A stretch of DNA of 64,000 nucleotides from the NCBI GenBank assembly GCA_965198175.1, contig OZ240245.1, positions 2,752,001-2,816,000 on the forward strand, in the 5' to 3' direction. The number at the start of each line of letters is the position of its first letter. Position 1 is the stretch's first letter. Below, in pieces: positions 1 to 10,055 of the stretch. The position numbers were made by a program, and so were the translations under genes. The stretch is from Candidatus Poribacteria bacterium. Its GTDB lineage: Bacteria; Poribacteria; WGA-4E; PCPOR2b. The notes under the pieces were generated by a model. That model was not told where the DNA came from. It searched no databases and saw nothing but the letters and a program-made list of their open reading frames with translations.

Positions 1-277
1 AAGCCGGCATTCTTCGCACTCGAGTGATTAAGGCAGCCCGTTAGCCCAAGGACAGGTGTTTCTTCATCCTTGTCCTCGCCCTCACAACGATGCAGAATCC
101 GCTTATAAAGGGAGGAACCGATTCATAATAATTAGTGAAGAGATTGTATTCTACTGCTGTAGAGGGGTGACACTCGGCGTTAGAAAATCCTTCATACAGA
201 TATTGCCCGTACTTGTCTGACGATGTCAGATTGTGAAACAGACAGCAAGAATGTAATAATAATATTGGAGGATATGA

Positions 278-3200
278 ATGGCTACAATCTTACAAATGCT
301 TTTTGCACTAGTGCTTCATACAGATAATACAAAAGCGGAGGCGAAAATTCTGCTTGATGAAAATGACCACGCGGGTGGATCGACAGAAGCAACGATGGAA
401 AAGAAGATCGATGCGGATCAGAGCAAACCGGAAGACGGACTTTCACATGAGACAAGAGAAATAGATTTGCTTATGGAAACACAAATGGAGCAATTTAGCA
501 AAGTCGACGATAAATTTGCTACGGAACAAAATGTCACCAAGATAGTGGAACCTGAAACCGATATGGACCTGAAAATTGAAACGAAGAAATCAGAAGTAGA
601 TGAAAGACTTATGGGCGCATCTGAACAAGTGGCGGAAGTCGAGGAAGCAGCAGATGGAGAAGTAAGAATACACCCACCAGCTATTGTGGCTGATGAAACG
701 GGAGCACACGCTAACCAGGAATTTTCTCCTCATCAAGCAGGATTCGAAAGATTAAATGAAGCAGAAATGGATACGGAACGACTAGCCATCGAACTAACGG
801 GCGGTGAAGAAACACAATTCGTTGAAACTGAAACGGTTTTTGAGATGCCACTGGAAGTAGGTGTCATTGACGAATTGTACAACTTTGTCAACGAGTTTCC
901 CAACAGCCAAGTAACCAATGTCGAGCAAGCCTCCGTGAGCACTCAGGACAGTGCAGCAGGAGTTAAGAAGGCTGCGATATTTGAGCATCCCCGCGCTGAA
1001 GGCAATGCAAGGATCGAATATGAGCTGATACTCCCCGAGTTAGCTGACGATGAGCAACTCATTCTACATTTCAGCATTGGTCTTAGGGACGGTGTCGATT
1101 TTGACTATCCACTGACGAAACCCGATGGAGTTCGGTTTGCTATCGAGATTTCGAGAGAACAACGCTTTGAAGGTTTCTCGATAGCTTGCCAGTGGGAAGA
1201 ACATGTTCTCAATCTCTCCAAGGACGCCGGACGTCAGATTCAAGTCGCTTTCTTGACCGATTGCAACGAAGTGGGCAACACTAACTACGACTGGGCCGTA
1301 TGGGGAAATCCGCGTCTTCTTAAGCTTTCTCATGCGTCATCGCTAACTGAACCGAGCCAAGCAGAACCAGAGATGATTCGGGGGATTGCTTTGGGCTCAT
1401 CGGGCGGTGAATCGCCTAAATCATTAGCTTCGGAATTTGTCTTGGATGCATACGCGCCAATTTCCGAAATTGCGAATTCGGCTAGCCAACGTCTGCAGCG
1501 TTATAGTGCTGATGCGGCAATCGTAGAGCTTCGGCTGTATGCTGAGCAACCGCAGTTGAAGATCGTGGATGTCGGACCAACAGCGGCACTCGTTACGGCC
1601 GGTGACGATTTTGAACTGCAATGTACAGTTCGAAATAGCGGCTTGATTCCGCTTGTGACCGCCAATCGGGTGAGTGTTTCACTTAATCGAATTAAGCTGA
1701 GACGGGGACAGCACACGCAGACTATCAAACTCCTCAATCCTAGTGAAGCAACTACATTAGTATGGCAGGTTCGGAGTTTTTCCCGTCGAACGGCGACATC
1801 AATTTCTGCTTCGCTTAGGTATCAAACGGAGCAAGGAGAAATCCGCCAAACGGTAGAGAAAGTTATTGAAGTTCGACCGGGAATCTCCAAATTATCCACG
1901 GAAATTTCTCGAGAATTACATACTTGTGAAATGGATGGGCACGTAAATACCGAGAACAGAAACTTACGCGCCCTCTTCGTTCGAGGGTACGAAGGTTTTG
2001 AATACTACTTGCTTTTCGCAGCGAAAAATGGGCATTATCGGCAAGTTGCCGTCTGCAGTGCCATTTCAGAAATTCGTTATCGGGATGCAGAAGGTAATAT
2101 CCAACACACTCGAATTACACCCTCTACTTATCGTCTGTCCGGAAATAGTGAAGGCGATTCAATTGTCTTACTTTCTTGCGAGGAAAAGGATATTGATGGC
2201 GTGCTTTGGTCCTATGAAGTGCGGTTTTCGTTACGGGAAGATTCCAAACTCCTAAAAGCCGAACATCAGCTCGTAACCGATGCAAAGCGAGAATTGATTG
2301 TTTTCAGTGGCCCTATGCTTTATGCAGGGGATGGGACCTTTGGCGACGGAAAAAACGCCGCCCTCTTTCCTGGTCTAGAGTTCCTAGAAAACGGCGAATC
2401 ATCGTCAGACACGCGTGATGCGGCACCGCCGCTCAACAATCGCCTTGTTCCTCATCCGTACAAAATAACCATTCCACTGATGGCAGTTGAACATAATAAG
2501 TCTCTTGTTGGTCTGGTGTGGAATCCGATGGACACATGGGATGGCAAACACAAAACATTATCCGCGGTTTTTGCTTCTCCGAATTGCTATATGCATCAGA
2601 AGAATCACCTGATGGGACTGTTTCTACCCACGCCACCTGATTGGGTTGACGAGAATTCCATGGATGCATCTACGCCATACCCCCTGGAGGCAAATCATCC
2701 TATCATGCTCAAAGCACAGATAATCCTTGATGGAAATGCCTCCATTTTGGACGCAATCTCACTGTGGGTGGATGCTTATGGTATGCCTGACCCCTTAGAA
2801 GCGCCGCGTAGCGACGAAGATGAGCTTTTGCTTTCACGACACGGCTTCATGCAGACGGTTTGGGACGAAGAGACGGGAAAATCTCGACACTGCGTCGATT
2901 GGACACCGGCGAATGCGCCTGGCTTTGCCACCTTGCTATGGTATGATTACCTTGCAACTCGAGATGAGTCAGTAAGGCAGCGCGTTGTTGAGATCGCTGA
3001 AAATACAATTCGTGAGTCAGGAGATGGAAGTTTAATTTCGTCAGCTTTATGTCACATTATAAAATGGGAATTTCCCTTTTACTACGGACACCTTGAAACA
3101 AGTTTGGACCGGCTGAAGGGGGTAACCCGAGGATTAATAGACGCCCAGCAAAGCAATGGGAGCTGGCGGTTCAACCCTTCTACTGATCGCGCAAGAACAT

Positions 3201-4195
3201 TAGGAGAGGCAGGCGACACCGTTTTAGGTATATGTGCACATCCCGCCTTGATGTTGTTAAAACACGCAAGGATTACAGGAGATGAAGAATCATTAGCGGC
3301 TGGTCTCAAAGCGTTGAGGTTTATGGAACGGTTTCAGGTTCCGCGTGGCGCACAGGCGTGGGAATGTCCAATTTACCAACCTGATCTCCTTGCCGCTGCC
3401 CATGCTGTTGCTGCGTACGTTGAAGGCTACGAGATTACTAACGAAAAGATTGATTTGGCGTGCGCAGAATACTGGGCAGAAACAGGACTGCCATTCCTCT
3501 ACTATTGGAATCTACCAGATCGCCCTGGTATGCGTTTCGCCTCCATACCCGTTTTCGGAACGACCTTCCACACTCACCCCTGGTTCGGTGTCCCTGTTCA
3601 GTGGAATGGGTTGGTCTTTGCTTACTATCTCCAACGGCTCGCACCACACAGCAATCGGCAACCTTGGTCGAAAATAGCCGAAAGTATTACTGTGAGTGCA
3701 ATGTATCAGCAGTGGACAGAAGGAGAACTCAAGGGTACATATCCTGATGGCTTCTACGGCTTCTGCACCGAAAGGCGTGGCCCCCATCTGAACCCAGAGA
3801 ATATCATGGTGAATCTCTATGCCTTACGCGGACTAGACCCTGATATTTCGACTGCTATTATCCGATATGACCATGGGCGAATCCACGTGAGCACCGGAGC
3901 AAAAATTGAGTCAGTTGAATGTGATGATTCTGCGAAATTGGATTTTAAGCTGAGATATGTCCAACACGAAACGAGTTATACCATCATCACAGGCTACGGT
4001 AGAAAGCCTGCTGCAATACGGGCTCGAGAGGAAGAAATTGCCGATGTTGATAATCATGAAGCAGTTGAGTCCGGTTGGCTTTATCGAGAGGAGAAGGATA
4101 TCATTTTCATGAAATACAAACATTCCGCTGGAGAGATGCACTTTGAAGTTTTACCACCGGTGCCAAGGGAAGCTAGGGAAGAAATCCCGTCCTAA
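278..4195 (+). CDS. Large multidomain protein: acidic N-terminus, NPCBM-like and CARDB-like modules, C-terminal alpha/alpha-barrel; putative glycan-active enzyme
   Basis: 1305-aa ORF with GGAGG upstream. 'DGVRFAI...NTNYDWAVWGNPRL' resembles NPCBM-type modules and 'AGDDFELQCTVRNSG' resembles CARDB. The C-half has helical hairpin repeats ('LIDAQQSNGSW'). True start uncertain. Confidence 0.6.
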   Translation: MATILQMLFALVLHTDNTKAEAKILLDENDHAGGSTEATMEKKIDADQSKPEDGLSHETREIDLLMETQMEQFSKVDDKFATEQNVTKIVEPETDMDLKIETKKSEVDERLMGASEQVAEVEEAADGEVRIHPPAIVADETGAHANQEFSPHQAGFERLNEAEMDTERLAIELTGGEETQFVETETVFEMPLEVGVIDELYNFVNEFPNSQVTNVEQASVSTQDSAAGVKKAAIFEHPRAEGNARIEYELILPELADDEQLILHFSIGLRDGVDFDYPLTKPDGVRFAIEISREQRFEGFSIACQWEEHVLNLSKDAGRQIQVAFLTDCNEVGNTNYDWAVWGNPRLLKLSHASSLTEPSQAEPEMIRGIALGSSGGESPKSLASEFVLDAYAPISEIANSASQRLQRYSADAAIVELRLYAEQPQLKIVDVGPTAALVTAGDDFELQCTVRNSGLIPLVTANRVSVSLNRIKLRRGQHTQTIKLLNPSEATTLVWQVRSFSRRTATSISASLRYQTEQGEIRQTVEKVIEVRPGISKLSTEISRELHTCEMDGHVNTENRNLRALFVRGYEGFEYYLLFAAKNGHYRQVAVCSAISEIRYRDAEGNIQHTRITPSTYRLSGNSEGDSIVLLSCEEKDIDGVLWSYEVRFSLREDSKLLKAEHQLVTDAKRELIVFSGPMLYAGDGTFGDGKNAALFPGLEFLENGESSSDTRDAAPPLNNRLVPHPYKITIPLMAVEHNKSLVGLVWNPMDTWDGKHKTLSAVFASPNCYMHQKNHLMGLFLPTPPDWVDENSMDASTPYPLEANHPIMLKAQIILDGNASILDAISLWVDAYGMPDPLEAPRSDEDELLLSRHGFMQTVWDEETGKSRHCVDWTPANAPGFATLLWYDYLATRDESVRQRVVEIAENTIRESGDGSLISSALCHIIKWEFPFYYGHLETSLDRLKGVTRGLIDAQQSNGSWRFNPSTDRARTLGEAGDTVLGICAHPALMLLKHARITGDEESLAAGLKALRFMERFQVPRGAQAWECPIYQPDLLAAAHAVAAYVEGYEITNEKIDLACAEYWAETGLPFLYYWNLPDRPGMRFASIPVFGTTFHTHPWFGVPVQWNGLVFAYYLQRLAPHSNRQPWSKIAESITVSAMYQQWTEGELKGTYPDGFYGFCTERRGPHLNPENIMVNLYALRGLDPDISTAIIRYDHGRIHVSTGAKIESVECDDSAKLDFKLRYVQHETSYTIITGYGRKPAAIRAREEEIADVDNHEAVESGWLYREEKDIIFMKYKHSAGEMHFEVLPPVPREAREEIPS

Positions 4196-4239
4196 GATGA
4201 TTTTATTACTCCTGCATTGCTAGCAAGTGTGCCACGGCT

Positions 4240-5289
4240 TCAATCTGAGATATTTAGCCCAAGACTTGCCGCCGTTTCAACCATCTCTTGCCAGACGCTA
4301 TCTTCAACCGGAATGCCTTCAGCACGACGACGTTGTGCGGTGCGATACTCCGGCTCACCGGGGAAAAGTATTTCATTCACACCAGGTTGCTTTCGGGAGG
4401 ACTTCATCCATGCGATTTGTTCTTGAACCGTTTGGATGAAATCTTCAAGCGGGAGGAAAGCTTCGATGTTGATGGCTTGGAAGAATATTCCATTACCCTT
4501 GATTGCCTCCTCCGGACCGTTACAACCTACACCGGACAACGCTCCCGCGAGCAATGTGGCTACTATACTCAACCCGTACCCCTTGTGTCCCATAACACCA
4601 CCCAAGGGCAAGATTGCGCCCGTTGGTGGACCGTAGAAAGCGTCGGGATCTGTAGTTGGATTTCCTTCGGAATCAATGATGCACTCCTCTGGTAGGGATT
4701 TGCCCGCGTATTGTGCGGCACGAATCTTGCCTTCAGGCACAACGGATGTGGTAACGTCTACGAGCACAGGCCACGTTTCACCACTCGGCATTGCGAATGC
4801 TAGCGGATTCGGGGACAATCGCCGATCGATCCCACCCCACGGCGTCATTAATCCGGGGGTCCCATATGAGTTGATAGCAGCCATACCAATCATCTGTTCT
4901 GTAGCAGCCATAGTTGGATATTCGCCCACTCGGCCCACATGATGGCTACCGCGCACGACGACCGTACCAATTGAATACTTTCGTGCCTTGTCAACTGCAA
5001 GCTGCATCGCCTTGTGTGCAATCACCATGCCCCAACCGGAGTGACCGTTGACCACTGCAGAAGCATGCATTTCTCGTTCAATTCCAAAGCGTGCCCCCGG
5101 ATGAATCTCGCCGTTCCGAATATCTTCGACGTACTGTGCGATTCGTAATACCCCGTGAGAATCATGACCCATTAAGTTCGAGCGGACAAGCACTTCGCTT
5201 ACGATAACCGATTCTTCATGCGGGGAACCAGCCGCATCTAAAATCTTAGCGCTAATCTGCTGCAGTTCGGCTGCTGAGAAATACTTCAC
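4240..5289 (-). CDS. Ldh_2-family (malate/lactate/ureidoglycolate-type) oxidoreductase
   Basis: Motifs GHDSHGVLR, HHVGRVG, SPNPLAFAMP, GHKGYGL, LFPGEPE. GGAGG RBS before a GTG start. Confidence 0.9.
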   Translation of the reverse strand: MKYFSAAELQQISAKILDAAGSPHEESVIVSEVLVRSNLMGHDSHGVLRIAQYVEDIRNGEIHPGARFGIEREMHASAVVNGHSGWGMVIAHKAMQLAVDKARKYSIGTVVVRGSHHVGRVGEYPTMAATEQMIGMAAINSYGTPGLMTPWGGIDRRLSPNPLAFAMPSGETWPVLVDVTTSVVPEGKIRAAQYAGKSLPEECIIDSEGNPTTDPDAFYGPPTGAILPLGGVMGHKGYGLSIVATLLAGALSGVGCNGPEEAIKGNGIFFQAINIEAFLPLEDFIQTVQEQIAWMKSSRKQPGVNEILFPGEPEYRTAQRRRAEGIPVEDSVWQEMVETAASLGLNISD

Positions 5290-5432
5290 GCGATTTTCCT
5301 CCAGGTTAAACAGTTACTAATCATAATTCAGGATGAGCACAACTGTAGTCTAGGCGCTTATCCCCGTATTGATGCCTATAAGGAACGAGGCTATGATCAC
5401 TCACCAGACAGACAGTTATGACTAAGTCATAG

Positions 5433-6311
5433 TTAGGCAATACCGATAATTTGGCGTGCCTCGTCCGGCGTGGCAATCTCGCGCCCAAGCTCACGGGCGA
5501 TGCGTACAATCTTCTCGACCAACACAGCATTGGTCTCAGCCAGCGATCCATCCGGCAAGTATGGATTGTCTTCCCAGCCTACGCGGACGTGACCCCCAAG
5601 CATGATTGCCAAGGTCAACAGTTGCCAGTGTGTTGGTGCATCCATCACACTGAGATTCCAGTTAATCTTGAGGTTCGTAGGCAGATGGTCCACCATGCCA
5701 ATCAACGCCTTCGGTGTGGGAGGCGTCCAACAACCCCCTTTCCAACCAACCAACAGGGTTGTCCAGATTGGATCTGGCAGCAGCCCTTGGTCGGCAATAA
5801 AATTCATGTTCCAAAACGCTCCCGTTTGAAACGATTCGACTTCAACCTTTACGCCGTGTTCAATCGCCGCACGGCCATAGGATGCCAGTTCATCTCTGGG
5901 GTGAGACGCGTACATCTCGTTGGGCGGGTAGTTGGGGTCAGGTTGGAAGAATTCATCGTGGGCGTTGAAGGCAATCGCCATCATATCAGGCTTGAGGTTC
6001 ATCAGGTTGACCTTCTCTTCAATCCTGGCACTCGCGACGCCAAATTGCATGACTGGATCGCAGCTGGCTTTGATTCGTTCTTGTAATCCCTTCCAGCCCT
6101 CAAAATCAAGCTTTGATACTTGGCGGCCGTCAGATTGAATCTCGCGCTCAAGGGAGCGCACACCGTGAATGTGAGTGATGCTTGCCCCAGCGTTAACGGC
6201 ACGGATATATTCTGCCGCGACCTTGTCCAGCTCCCTTTGCGGTGGACACAAGTTGTTGCCAGGATATGACACAGTCGAGTCGACAGTGACGGTGATAATG
6301 AGCTTGTCCAT
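5433..6311 (-). CDS. Beta-keto acid cleavage enzyme (BKACE/DUF849, Kce-like)
   Basis: AGASITHIH Zn motif, GGHVRVGWEDN, REIATPDEARQIIG. Confidence 0.9.
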   Translation of the reverse strand: MDKLIITVTVDSTVSYPGNNLCPPQRELDKVAAEYIRAVNAGASITHIHGVRSLEREIQSDGRQVSKLDFEGWKGLQERIKASCDPVMQFGVASARIEEKVNLMNLKPDMMAIAFNAHDEFFQPDPNYPPNEMYASHPRDELASYGRAAIEHGVKVEVESFQTGAFWNMNFIADQGLLPDPIWTTLLVGWKGGCWTPPTPKALIGMVDHLPTNLKINWNLSVMDAPTHWQLLTLAIMLGGHVRVGWEDNPYLPDGSLAETNAVLVEKIVRIARELGREIATPDEARQIIGIA

Positions 6312-6379
6312 CCGATTCTCCTTTCAAATTGTCACGAAGAGGAACCGAGTTTCTTGAAGAAATTCGGTTCCTCTTGTAT

Positions 6380-7414
6380 TCATTCAGAGACACTAATGAC
6401 GATTTTACCTTGCGCCTCCCCACGACGCATGAATGCCAGCGCCTCGTTTATCTCTGCCAGCAGAAACCGGTGCGCAATCCAGGGTGTGATAATTCCGGCG
6501 CCCACCATGGCAATGGCATCAATGATATCCTGACGCGAACCATTGCGTGAGCCAATAATCTCAAGCTCCCGCTGCGCAATTTGGGTGGAGTTAATCTTCG
6601 GAAATTCCGGCTCCTCGCCAATCACGACAATTCGCCCACCGCGCATGACATAATCAGCGGCTGCTTTTAGCGTCGAAGAGAAACCGACGACGTCGAAGAC
6701 ACACTGGACGCCATCGCCGCCTGCTAATGCCTTGATTTGTTGAATCGCATCCGCCGCATCCACATTGAGAACAAGATCTGCGCCAAGCTGGCTGGCAATT
6801 TCCAGTTTGGCTTCCGAACGGTCAATCGCAATCACTTGTACGCGGGCGACTTTCAGAATCTGGATTAAGTTTTGCCCAACGTTGCCTGCGCCTAACACCA
6901 CAGCGGCGTCATTCAGGCGTAGTTGCGATCGACGGAAGGCGTGTAGCGCGGTGATTACGGCGCAACTGATCAAGCCCCCCTGTTCGAATGGCGTCTGTTC
7001 AGGCAATACAAACAGATTCTTCGCGGGCGCCACGAAATAGTCCGCAAACCCGCCGTTGACGGTTGTGCCAAACACGTTGGGTTGAACACAGAGCGGTTCT
7101 CGACCGGCCCGGCAGTAGTAGCACTGTCCGCAAGAAAAGAAATCGTGTGGAACAACAGATTTCCCCACTTCCAAATGCGTTACGTTTCGACCAGTTTGAA
7201 CCACAATACCGGCAGCCTCATGTCCAAGTGTGTGCGGCAGCACCTGCAGTTGTCCCAAGCCATCGATTTTGTGGAGATCGGTTCGGCAAAGGCCGCACGT
7301 TCTGGTTTGTACCAGAGCCTCGTCATCGCTGATTTCTGGAGTGGGCACCTCATCTATCTGTAACAGTCCGCCAATTCTGTGCAGTCGTGCAGCTCGCATA
7401 GTTCTATCCTCCAT
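6380..7414 (-). CDS. Zinc-dependent alcohol dehydrogenase (MDR family)
   Basis: CGLCRTD, LGHEAAG, structural Zn motif CGQCYYC...C, GAGNVG. Confidence 0.92.
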   Translation of the reverse strand: MEDRTMRAARLHRIGGLLQIDEVPTPEISDDEALVQTRTCGLCRTDLHKIDGLGQLQVLPHTLGHEAAGIVVQTGRNVTHLEVGKSVVPHDFFSCGQCYYCRAGREPLCVQPNVFGTTVNGGFADYFVAPAKNLFVLPEQTPFEQGGLISCAVITALHAFRRSQLRLNDAAVVLGAGNVGQNLIQILKVARVQVIAIDRSEAKLEIASQLGADLVLNVDAADAIQQIKALAGGDGVQCVFDVVGFSSTLKAAADYVMRGGRIVVIGEEPEFPKINSTQIAQRELEIIGSRNGSRQDIIDAIAMVGAGIITPWIAHRFLLAEINEALAFMRRGEAQGKIVISVSE

Positions 7415-7518
7415 GAGATGGGGGTGGTAATGATCACTATCTCAGTCCAAAAGCGCCCTATCCCGAAAATGACCAGGCCACCGTTAGATGAACTGCAGGT
7501 GCGACGTATACGTCGTTT

Positions 7519-8370
7519 TCATGGTTTCAAGGCGAGGATGCGATCGAGAATGCCTTTGCTCTCTGAAAGCACTTTGCGGGGGTCACTTTCATAGCCCCAT
7601 GCGAAAGCCTCGTATTCGATCGAGATGTAACCGTCGTAGCCGGCGGCGACCATTGTACCCAACAACCCATCGAAATCAACATCGCCTTGCCCCAGCGGTG
7701 GGAACTCAAAATCCTCCAGATTGCCCTTCGCGTCCTTGGCGTGCACGTGCACCACTCGCTGGCTCAACGCCCTGTAAGCCTCAACTACTGAATCTCCCCG
7801 CACCTGATAGTGGCCCGAGTCAAACAGAACTCCCAAAGTTTCCAGGCCATCGTGACTCAGCAGGTACTGCATGCGGCTGAGATTATGCAGGAGGGAACCG
7901 GGAAAACTACCTGCTTCCACTGCCAGATTCACCCCCAAACGGGTTGCATTGACCGTCAGGTGCCGCAATGCAGTTACTAGCTTTTCCCAGTATTGGCTTT
8001 CCCGACCATAAAATTCCTTCCGTCCCCCACCGACGACTACATATCTGGCGCCGAGATCCATCGCGAGCTCCAGCGCTTTCTTCACGAATTCTAGGTTCGC
8101 TTGTCTGGCCTCGGGGACAGCGTGAATCAGGTTGGTGTGTGCGTTCAACGCGACGATGACCACGCCGGCTTGTTCTGCATGCTTGCGCACTCGACTTCTT
8201 GCCTTCGCTCCCGCCTGTGGACTCATGTGCGGTAGAGGCGGTGGCAAGAACGGCGGCGCCTTCTCAAGACTGATGTCAATGCCCTGATAGTCTTGGTCTG
8301 CGAGTATATCAATAGCCCGTTCGATAGCGAACTGACTTAAGAGACCGGAATTGCAACTCAGACCTTTCAT
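7519..8370 (-). CDS. Sugar phosphate isomerase/epimerase (xylose-isomerase-like TIM barrel)
   Basis: Metal ligands in LAVE, FDSGH, HVHAKD and ISIEYE. Start set at MKGLSC by comparison with the paralogue at 12997-13854. Confidence 0.88.
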   Translation of the reverse strand: MKGLSCNSGLLSQFAIERAIDILADQDYQGIDISLEKAPPFLPPPLPHMSPQAGAKARSRVRKHAEQAGVVIVALNAHTNLIHAVPEARQANLEFVKKALELAMDLGARYVVVGGGRKEFYGRESQYWEKLVTALRHLTVNATRLGVNLAVEAGSFPGSLLHNLSRMQYLLSHDGLETLGVLFDSGHYQVRGDSVVEAYRALSQRVVHVHAKDAKGNLEDFEFPPLGQGDVDFDGLLGTMVAAGYDGYISIEYEAFAWGYESDPRKVLSESKGILDRILALKP

Positions 8371-8686
8371 CTCATGTTTTCTCTTACGCTGTCCTGTCAA
8401 TACTTATTGGGCAATAAATGAGACAATCTGACTTAGGTTCGTAGTGAGCAATTTATTGCCGTCTTCCCCGTTGCAAACGGCGGTTCATCGCCCCGATAAA
8501 CCGGGATTTCGCTACGCTAGAAACTCGATTACAAACGGTTATTGCGCTTATGTTTGGATGCCACTCTACTGAACAATGCCATCCGACGGCATCTTCACCC
8601 ACACCGACCTAGGGTTTAAACATACCCTCTGAAAGAGACTTGGTAGCGGGAAAAACAAGCCTCATCCATTAGCAATTCGCAGTCGC

Positions 8687-9655
8687 CTACTCGACCGATG
8701 TGATGAGATGCAGCGGTGTCAAGCCTCTAGCGACACGGTCGACATTCTCAGCTACTGCCTTCCCACGTCGCCGCGTGGTTTCCCTGGTTACTCCGGCGAT
8801 GTGCGGCGTACAAATCACGTTATCCATCTGTAGCAGCGGGTGCGCCGCATCCAGCGGTTCATGAGCAAACGCATCCAGACCGGCGGCTCTAATCCCTCCG
8901 GTCCGCAATGTCTCAATTAAAGCTGCCTCATCGACAATTTCACCGCGTGCGATGTTTATCAACACCGCCGTCGGCTTCATTAGCTCCAATGCATGTCGGT
9001 CGATCAGATGCCGGGTCTTCGAGGTAAGTGGTGTGTGGAGTGATAGATAATCCGCCTCGCTCAACACCTGATTCAACTGACTCGAATCCCCAAATAACTC
9101 AACGTGCAGTTCATCACGAATTGCTTGAGGAACATCAACGATATCAATCGCCACCAGTCGCATGCCCATCGCGTGAGCGCGCTTAGCAAGTTCACGCCCA
9201 CTTGCGCCCAACCCAACTAACCCCAGCGTTTTTCCTCCTATCTCATCATTCAGCGGCAGGCTGAAAATTTCCGAGCGGATATTCTCTTGAGCTGTAGGGT
9301 AGTTTTTAGCAATCAGCAGCATCAAGGAAAGCGCATGTTCTGCCAGAGCGACCGCACTAAAAGCACCAGGTGTGTTCGCAAATGGCAAACCCTTTTCTAG
9401 GAAGTAGGATACGTCCCAGGCGTTTAGACCGACAGCCATCACTTGCCACAACTTCACCCCCGCATCCACCGCCGCATCAACCATCTCCCGCGTGCAGCCA
9501 ACACACTCCACCACCACGTCGACAGCCTTGAATTGATCTGCCATGGGCTGAGCCGGATCGTAGATTTCACTCGGATACCGCCCGTCTATCGCTGCAACAA
9601 CGCCATCGTACCAATAACCCATGTGTGGCGGGAAAGGGAGAAAGAGCACTTTCAT
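8687..9655 (-). CDS. D-isomer-specific 2-hydroxyacid dehydrogenase
   Basis: GLVGLGASG, LINIARG, DAFAHEP, TPHIAG. Start at MKVLFL after AGGAGG. Confidence 0.9.
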   Translation of the reverse strand: MKVLFLPFPPHMGYWYDGVVAAIDGRYPSEIYDPAQPMADQFKAVDVVVECVGCTREMVDAAVDAGVKLWQVMAVGLNAWDVSYFLEKGLPFANTPGAFSAVALAEHALSLMLLIAKNYPTAQENIRSEIFSLPLNDEIGGKTLGLVGLGASGRELAKRAHAMGMRLVAIDIVDVPQAIRDELHVELFGDSSQLNQVLSEADYLSLHTPLTSKTRHLIDRHALELMKPTAVLINIARGEIVDEAALIETLRTGGIRAAGLDAFAHEPLDAAHPLLQMDNVICTPHIAGVTRETTRRRGKAVAENVDRVARGLTPLHLITSVE

Positions 9656-10055
9656 TAAATAGACCTCCTGTAAAACTTCACCATCAGAACTCATGCAAGG
9701 GACATCTAAAGCATTTCCAAAATTAAACCAACCCACAACAGATAGCATTAGGAGTAAAAAAAGGGGTGCGCTAGTCGGGCGTATTGTCGCCCCTTAAGAC
9801 GCGCAATGAATTTCGGCACTGCAAACGCTAGTCGAAATTGAGAAACTGACTACTAATGCCTAACCCCCATTTCGATCGCCCTGTCGAGGTCTAATGATGA
9901 CACCAAATCTATCATGGGACAAAGGTTCTGTCAAGCCTTTTTTAGAACCTGCATTGCTGCGACTGTCACGCATGATTCGTTTTAACCCCATAAATTTTAA
10001 CTAAACTTGGTGATAGCGCTCTTTGTCCATGGACCGAAAGGAAGCTCCACTTGTT

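Noticed and set aside
1..44. 3' end of an upstream gene (AGILRTRVIKAAR*)
   Set aside because: Too short to identify.
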